A DNA stretch of 64,000 nt, taken from positions 18,501-82,500 of IMG/VR virus record IMGVR_UViG_3300045609_000068; one strand, 5' to 3'. This stretch comes from a virus. Its lineage: Duplodnaviria > Caudoviricetes. The position numbers were made by a program, and so were the translations under genes. The notes below the pieces were generated by a model that saw only the letters and a program-made list of their open reading frames with translations, was not told the origin of the DNA and made no database searches. Numbering within the stretch: position 1 is the stretch's first letter; each line of letters starts with the position of its first letter. This document shows positions 58,462 through 64,000 of this stretch, in pieces.

Positions 58462-59031
58462 ATGAACGGAAACAATTTTACGGATGGGGAGCAGCAGCGC
58501 ACCCAGCTAACTCGTGAAGAACGCATGACGCTCTTCAACAAATTTATCATGCCAAACTTGGAGACTATAAGGAGCATCTGCATGCTGTACACAAACAGGC
58601 AGCAGGACCTTGACAGTAACTACAACATGATACTCACCGACCTGTATGTGAGCATACACACATACAATCCCGACAAGCCGTTGAAGACATGGCTTTTCAC
58701 CGTCGTGAAGAACAATATCTGTTCTAATAACAAGAGGGAGCAGCAGTCAACTTCCCATTATCAGGACACGGAGATATTCCCTGTATGCGAAGAATGCGTT
58801 ACCTATATCGACGGGCTTTCATTCGAGGACTCGATATCTGACGACCTTTTAGATGCCATGATACGCACGCCACCCGCATGGCTCAAACCTTTCCTTATGA
58901 GACTAAGAGGCTATACCAATTCGGAGATATCTTCGATGCTCAAAATCACACCCACAATTACAAAAACAAGAATTTCCAAGACGAAGAAATTCCTGAAAGA
59001 TTATTTACGACAGCACAATTTCAAACGGTAA
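58462..59031 (+). CDS. Phage-encoded ECF-like RNA polymerase sigma factor
   Basis: Region 2-like YNPDKPLKTWLFTVVKN; region 4-like GYTNSEISSMLKITPTITKTRI. Confidence 0.8.
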   Translation: MNGNNFTDGEQQRTQLTREERMTLFNKFIMPNLETIRSICMLYTNRQQDLDSNYNMILTDLYVSIHTYNPDKPLKTWLFTVVKNNICSNNKREQQSTSHYQDTEIFPVCEECVTYIDGLSFEDSISDDLLDAMIRTPPAWLKPFLMRLRGYTNSEISSMLKITPTITKTRISKTKKFLKDYLRQHNFKR

Positions 59032-59037
59032 AATATC

Positions 59038-59874
59038 ATGAGATTCAAATACGATACAACAGAAGAAGAACAAAAGGAAGACCAGCGCGCGAACGAAAAC
59101 ATGAAGTACGCAACTGGCAAAAGGCAGCTTAAATACGTCCGCCGCAAGAGGGAGGAAGCAAAGAAGCTGAAAGGGATAAAGAAACGTTATGACGGAACCA
59201 AATCGGGATTGAACGCAAAGAAAACCGAAAAGGAAGTCATGGAAAGACTACGTGAGACCGCCCCTTATTCGAGGGCTCGCGTAGGAAGGAAAGAAGTCAA
59301 CGCAATCCTCAAGGCGGAGGCTGTAGGGAAGGCGACACGTTTCAGGGAACAGGGAACGAAGCACATCAGGCATCTGCTTTGCATCACAGGTGGGAGACTG
59401 ACTGGAAGGATGCTTTGCGCATTGCACCTGAAATACCACTGCGGGGCCGATATGGTATGCACGTTTACCCGCAGGCCTCCTACATGCACGGAAGTTGAGG
59501 GGCGCGAACACCATTTCGTCGATATCAGACCTCCCGAAGAGGACATATTGTTCGTACAGCGTGACATCAACTATAAATCATACGCCACGCTCAATACGCT
59601 GAAAGATTACAGCATCGTGGTCGTCAACTACGACGGTTTGTCCGATTTGTACAAAAGGTCTTTCGAAAATCTTGACATTGTAACCGTAAGGATAATGCGG
59701 AAAAGGTCGCTGCGTTACATGTTCGGATATACCGAAAGCGACAAGCTGAGCGATCTGGCAAGAGAAAGGGAATGTGCATTTCCGTTCGACTACACGATAG
59801 AAAACAACGGGACAAAAAAGGAATTGTTCGAGTCGCTGGAAAAGATATACGCACAATTCATGGAAAGAAGATAA
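59038..59874 (+). CDS. Guanylate-kinase-like protein with a degenerate P-loop and a basic N-terminus
   Basis: TFTRRPP..EVEGREHHFV and FPFDYTIENNGTKKEL are GK motifs; the P-loop position reads GGRLTGRM. Confidence 0.65.
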   Translation: MRFKYDTTEEEQKEDQRANENMKYATGKRQLKYVRRKREEAKKLKGIKKRYDGTKSGLNAKKTEKEVMERLRETAPYSRARVGRKEVNAILKAEAVGKATRFREQGTKHIRHLLCITGGRLTGRMLCALHLKYHCGADMVCTFTRRPPTCTEVEGREHHFVDIRPPEEDILFVQRDINYKSYATLNTLKDYSIVVVNYDGLSDLYKRSFENLDIVTVRIMRKRSLRYMFGYTESDKLSDLARERECAFPFDYTIENNGTKKELFESLEKIYAQFMERR

Positions 59875-59893
59875 CACCAAAGCAACAAAAAAT

Positions 59894-60229
59894 ATGGAAA
59901 ATTGGAAAATAAATCCCGACAACGGGACATTGGAAAAGGTTGAAGGAATATCTGCTACAACGAAAAAGAAGATAATCTCATCCGCTCCTGAAGTTCAGGA
60001 AGTCCCTAACGAGAGAATACTTAACTTCAAGGAACATAGCGATTTGTCAATAGTTCAAATTGTGGACAATGACACAAGAACCGTATTGGGGTATATCGCA
60101 GGATATGCCCTCGATATGGAGTTCAACATGAAGGAACTTAACAGCGTAGAGCAGATAGAGAAGTTCCTTGACGGCATGAAAAAGGCTTTCAGGCAGATAA
60201 TACTCGAAAAGACATTAAACAAAGAATGA
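59894..60229 (+). CDS. Hypothetical protein
   Basis: 111-aa ORF. Confidence 0.7.
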   Translation: MENWKINPDNGTLEKVEGISATTKKKIISSAPEVQEVPNERILNFKEHSDLSIVQIVDNDTRTVLGYIAGYALDMEFNMKELNSVEQIEKFLDGMKKAFRQIILEKTLNKE

Positions 60230-60258
60230 TTTTTCCGTTCTTTTTTGCCATAAATTAC

Positions 60259-60266
60259 ACTATATA
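60259..60266 (+). promoter_or_regulatory. ACTATATA putative phage late promoter (terminase operon)
   Basis: Exact motif 13 nt upstream of the ATG at 60280. Confidence 0.6.
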
Positions 60267-60279
60267 TATAAAAACGACA

Positions 60280-60789
60280 ATGGATGACAAGAAAGAACTA
60301 TTAACGCAAGAGGAGGCTGACTTCTGTCTGATGTACGTGAACGCTCCAGCCCCCTATACATACAATGCGACAAAATGCTACGAATATGTGTTCGGTTCGG
60401 AAGAGAACGACCCAATGGCGCAGGCGAGACTGACGGGAGACGCAAGGCATCTTCTCGAAAAGGAATGCGTCATGCGCCGTATAGAGGAACTGCAAAAAAT
60501 AAACCAGCAGGACTCTACCGCGCTCAAAGGACATCTTAATTCCACTTTGGTACACATCATGGACGAATGTTCGACAAGGGAGTGTAAAGACAGGCTTGGT
60601 ACGTCACTTTCCCCCGCGGCATTACGTTCCGTTGCCGTCAGTGCAGCGAAAATGCTGATGGATATGAATGGGATAAAAGAAGAGACAGACATGAAAATAC
60701 AGCTCGGAGGTTCGGCCGGGAATGGTATCACATTTAACTTGATTGCTCCACAGGAAAACAAAAACAAAGATGTAACAGATGATAAATAA
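60280..60789 (+). CDS. terS: Terminase small subunit (probable)
   Basis: LTQEEADFCLMYV...YNATKCY...ARHLL...RRIEEL; upstream of terL. Confidence 0.7.
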   Translation: MDDKKELLTQEEADFCLMYVNAPAPYTYNATKCYEYVFGSEENDPMAQARLTGDARHLLEKECVMRRIEELQKINQQDSTALKGHLNSTLVHIMDECSTRECKDRLGTSLSPAALRSVAVSAAKMLMDMNGIKEETDMKIQLGGSAGNGITFNLIAPQENKNKDVTDDK

Positions 60790-60791
60790 AT

Positions 60792-61049
60792 ATGCTGAAA
60801 ACTGGAGAATACGTTAAGATAGTATGTTCCGATGAACTTGTAAGCCAGCGACTGGTGGGTTTGGTCAATCAGAAGGGATATATAACCCTTTGTAAAAACG
60901 GAAATACGAAGTCAATAGGTGCATGGGTAAAGATAACAAAGGGACGTAACAAAGGTGAGGAGTGGTTCATACCGAAGCAGTCGATACAGACACAGATGGA
61001 CGTTGACTGCGCGAGAAACGACGCGATTCTACGATCGATTAAAATCTAA
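60792..61049 (+). CDS. Hypothetical protein
   Basis: 85-aa ORF between terS and terL. Confidence 0.65.
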   Translation: MLKTGEYVKIVCSDELVSQRLVGLVNQKGYITLCKNGNTKSIGAWVKITKGRNKGEEWFIPKQSIQTQMDVDCARNDAILRSIKI

Positions 61050-62657
61050 TTGGCGATGAAGAAACTTATAGCGCCTAACCTGAACATCAACTTTGCGCCG
61101 TCCGAACGTCAGTACGAACTATGGAAAGCATTACAGCCTAACAGATGCGACAAATGCGGAGGAAAGCTGGAAATGCGCCCGTCTGGGCACGACCGCACTG
61201 GACGTGTCATATATGAGCCTACGTGCGTCGATTGTGGCAATACAGATATACCCGAACGCATTCTCGGAGGTGGAGCTGCGGGCGGCGGAAAATCTTACTT
61301 AGGATGTTCGTGGGTGCTATTTTCTTGCATTAACTTCCCCGAAATGCTCTTTGCAATAGGACGAAGGGAGCTGAAAAAGCTAAAGGAATCCACATGGCTC
61401 ACCCTTTTGAGGGTTATGAAGCAATGGGGTCTTAAAGAAGACGTAAACTATCACATCAACAATCAGGCGGGAACCGTGACGTTCTGGAACGGTTCCGTAA
61501 TCATGCAACTTGCATTGGCCCCCAGCCTTGCAGACCCCGAATATAGTTTCCTTGGCTCCCTCGAACTGTCAGGGGCGTTCATCGACGAGGTGTCGGAAGT
61601 GCCTGAAAAGGCGATAGACATACTTGCATCCCGTATTCGTTATCGAGTTGCTGAAACGTTTATTGTAGGAAAACTGTTTATGAGCACCAACCCCAGCACG
61701 AACTGGGTGCGCTCCATATTCGTGCAGGACGATGACGGAACACCTGTGGTATTGGCCAAAGGGGACAGATTTGTAAGGTTCTCCCTGTTCGACAATCCAG
61801 ACGAGGGATTCCGAAGGACGTATTTCAATAAGCTGAACAAGATAAAGGACAAACACACAAGAGACCGTCTTATCTACGGTGACTGGGACAGTCCTACGCA
61901 GAATGACATGGCTGCCTATTGGAACTTCGACGGAGAAAAGCATCTCGTCTATGCACTGAAAGAGAAATATTACGATCCGATGAAACCGCTCATCCTCAGC
62001 TTCGACTTCAACGTGAGCCCATATATGACTTGCTTGCCGTCGCAGATTAACTTCGAGAAGAAAGAGATATACATATTCCCAGAATACATCGGCAGACCGT
62101 CAGACCCCAACAAAAAGGGGGCGTCGCTGAACAACACGCCAGCGTTCTCCCGATATATCCGTGACGAATTGCAGAAGGACCGTCAGCTCGGAGGCGTTAT
62201 AGTGACTGGAGACCCGGCAGGAAAGGCACGGTCAACGCAGACGGAAGAGGGCATCAACAACTTCACAATCGCAGACGACACGTTTGTAGGTGCAGGACTT
62301 CGCCCTGAGCTTAAACTGTTCAACAAGCAGCCGGCGCAGAAGACGAGGTTGGAGTTCATCAACGAAATGCTGAACGGATATGGAGGGTGGAAGATTATGG
62401 TCGATGTACGTTGCAGAAGGCTTACGGACGATTTCATCCATCAGCGCAAGAACATGGACGGTACTAAGGAAAAGAAGAAAGTCATGGACGACAACAGGGA
62501 CAAAATAGAGAAATACGGCCACGCATCGGACGCTTTCGATTACATAATAACGTATTTCTGCAAGTCGGACTACGACAAATTCAAGGAGGGCACAGACGGA
62601 CTGATAATAACCACCGTCAGCGACTTCGAGGATGTATATAATGATTTCGGATATTAA
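61050..62657 (+). CDS. terL: Terminase large subunit (start possibly 61056)
   Basis: Walker A GGAAGGGKS, Walker B AFIDEV, STNP, nuclease SFDFN and GHASDAFDY. Confidence 0.93.
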   Translation: MAMKKLIAPNLNINFAPSERQYELWKALQPNRCDKCGGKLEMRPSGHDRTGRVIYEPTCVDCGNTDIPERILGGGAAGGGKSYLGCSWVLFSCINFPEMLFAIGRRELKKLKESTWLTLLRVMKQWGLKEDVNYHINNQAGTVTFWNGSVIMQLALAPSLADPEYSFLGSLELSGAFIDEVSEVPEKAIDILASRIRYRVAETFIVGKLFMSTNPSTNWVRSIFVQDDDGTPVVLAKGDRFVRFSLFDNPDEGFRRTYFNKLNKIKDKHTRDRLIYGDWDSPTQNDMAAYWNFDGEKHLVYALKEKYYDPMKPLILSFDFNVSPYMTCLPSQINFEKKEIYIFPEYIGRPSDPNKKGASLNNTPAFSRYIRDELQKDRQLGGVIVTGDPAGKARSTQTEEGINNFTIADDTFVGAGLRPELKLFNKQPAQKTRLEFINEMLNGYGGWKIMVDVRCRRLTDDFIHQRKNMDGTKEKKKVMDDNRDKIEKYGHASDAFDYIITYFCKSDYDKFKEGTDGLIITTVSDFEDVYNDFGY

Positions 62658-62669
62658 CAAAATAAGATT

Positions 62670-63710
62670 ATGGCATACAGAAGATTTCTAAACGACGAAG
62701 ACTATCTCGCGTTGATTACGGAGGAAGGTCTTGACATGCTTATAAGGGACGTACACGACAGAATCCCTATGGCAGAGCAGAGCGCAAAGGTTTCCGTCAT
62801 GGAGTATCTTTCGCAGTATTACGAGGTTGAAAAGGAGTTCGCCAAAGGTGAAACTATCAGGGACTACACCGCGATGATAACATATCCCGCTGGTGTATAT
62901 TTCCTTAATGGTAAATACATATACCGCACATTGACGGCAGTGAACGGATACAAAAAGCCCACATCTTCGGTCTATTGGGAAGAGACGACGGACGTTTCTA
63001 CCGATCCGAGGGAGCTGGAAAAGATTCCGACCTACAGCCAGCTTGGTACATATATGGCGGGGACCGTGGTAAGGTTCGGTACTGGCTACTGGAAATGCCT
63101 TGTGAACAACGGGTTCGAATATAACGACATCAGAATACCAGGAGAAAGGATATGGGACGAGGTAATAGTAGCGGAATGGGACAACGGTATGCCTTACAAG
63201 AAGAACGACCTTTGCACGAACGGAGGGTTGTTCTATATCTATACATCCGATACGCCAACCGTAAGTACCGACGTGCTGCCGAAGGATGACACAAACTGGT
63301 CGCTTATCGGGTCGTATTCCAACGAATACAACTACGACTATTCGGCCTCCACGATAGATTATGTCGTAAGCGGGAATAAGCTGTACAAGCCGATTGCCAA
63401 CCCCAATGCCGACACCCTTACGGAGAATGTAAATTACGTCCGTGACGACCCTAGGAATCCGAGTCTTGTCAAGCACATGACGCAGTTGTCCCTTTACCAG
63501 CTCCACATGCTTATAAGCCCTACCAACATTTCGGAGACAAGAAGGATAGCTTACGAAGACAGTATGGACTGGCTACTTAAAGCATCAAAATTCAAGATAA
63601 CGATAGACATTCCAAGGAAATGCGACCATGACAACAATCAGATGAACGAGTACGCCACCGAAACTTTCGAACGGAAATTCAATCCGTGGGAGAATCCGTG
63701 GCTAGTATAA
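62670..63710 (+). CDS. Head-tail adaptor (DUF1320/Mu gp36-like) with inserted carbohydrate-binding-like modules
   Basis: N-terminal AEQSA..SVMEYLSQYYEV; C-terminal RNPSLVKHM...YEDSMDWL; internal WDNGMPYKKNDL and YMAGTVVRFG..YWKCL. Confidence 0.65.
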   Translation: MAYRRFLNDEDYLALITEEGLDMLIRDVHDRIPMAEQSAKVSVMEYLSQYYEVEKEFAKGETIRDYTAMITYPAGVYFLNGKYIYRTLTAVNGYKKPTSSVYWEETTDVSTDPRELEKIPTYSQLGTYMAGTVVRFGTGYWKCLVNNGFEYNDIRIPGERIWDEVIVAEWDNGMPYKKNDLCTNGGLFYIYTSDTPTVSTDVLPKDDTNWSLIGSYSNEYNYDYSASTIDYVVSGNKLYKPIANPNADTLTENVNYVRDDPRNPSLVKHMTQLSLYQLHMLISPTNISETRRIAYEDSMDWLLKASKFKITIDIPRKCDHDNNQMNEYATETFERKFNPWENPWLV

Positions 63711-64000
63711 AATTTATTAAAAAATAGACATAACCGCGTGCGAATAGTATATAATTTCATATATTTGCACGCGGTTTTCCGTGCATACCGACATGCAATT
63801 GTGCATGAAATGTGCATTTGATAGCTGATGGAAATGAAGTAAGTTGATGGATATCAACAAGATAGCGAGGAAATGAGGCGTTTCCCTCTCTCTCCGCTGA
63901 AAGCGCTGAATTGCAGCGACTTAGAAAAATAACTTGCAGAATTACTTGTAAAAAAGTAAGATTGCAAGTTTTTTTATGCCCTATGATAATATTGATTATC

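Noticed and set aside
63732-63776. Invertible promoter: 10-bp IR AACCGCGTGC/GCACGCGGTT around a TATATTTG
   Set aside because: The 25-nt spacer seems too short for site-specific inversion; more likely a hairpin or operator.
1-64000. Stop-codon reassignment as in Lak or some crAss-like phages; tRNA genes
   Set aside because: Structural genes are full length under code 11 and several end in TAG or TGA. No tRNA cloverleaf with T-loop consensus was recognised.

Overview
The whole 64 kb window is tailed-phage DNA; I see no host genes, rRNA, tRNA or CRISPR array. It looks like part of a large contractile-tailed phage of Bacteroidota. The host is inferred from TAnnTTTG-type promoters and from gene families I recognise by motif. 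All family names come from motif recall, not from database searches. Layout: (1) 1-11.1 kb, mostly minus-strand hypotheticals, a long AT-rich gap, a RepL-like HTH gene, RNase HI and a small tyrosine recombinase. (2) 11.3-20.4 kb, head and tail genes. (3) 20.4-25.8 kb, antirepressors and an AT-rich accessory island. (4) 25.9-32.7 kb, the tape measure gene and a second sheath paralogue, both inverted. (5) 33-57.6 kb, baseplate, a complete diversity-generating retroelement (DGR) acting on a 1957-aa fibre-like gene, lysis genes and a second fibre. (6) 58-63.7 kb, a sigma factor, terminase subunits and a head-tail adaptor. Most notable observations: an 84-aa membrane protein that copies a 35-aa post-transmembrane segment of the phage's own tape measure protein (candidate TMP-mimic superinfection exclusion); a classic -1 frameshift signal that would fuse portal to the gp7/MuF head protein; a DGR whose template repeat lies in frame inside the RT ORF and whose RT has SVDD instead of YxDD; and a repeated ACTATATA motif upstream of many genes and of two candidate structured ncRNAs.
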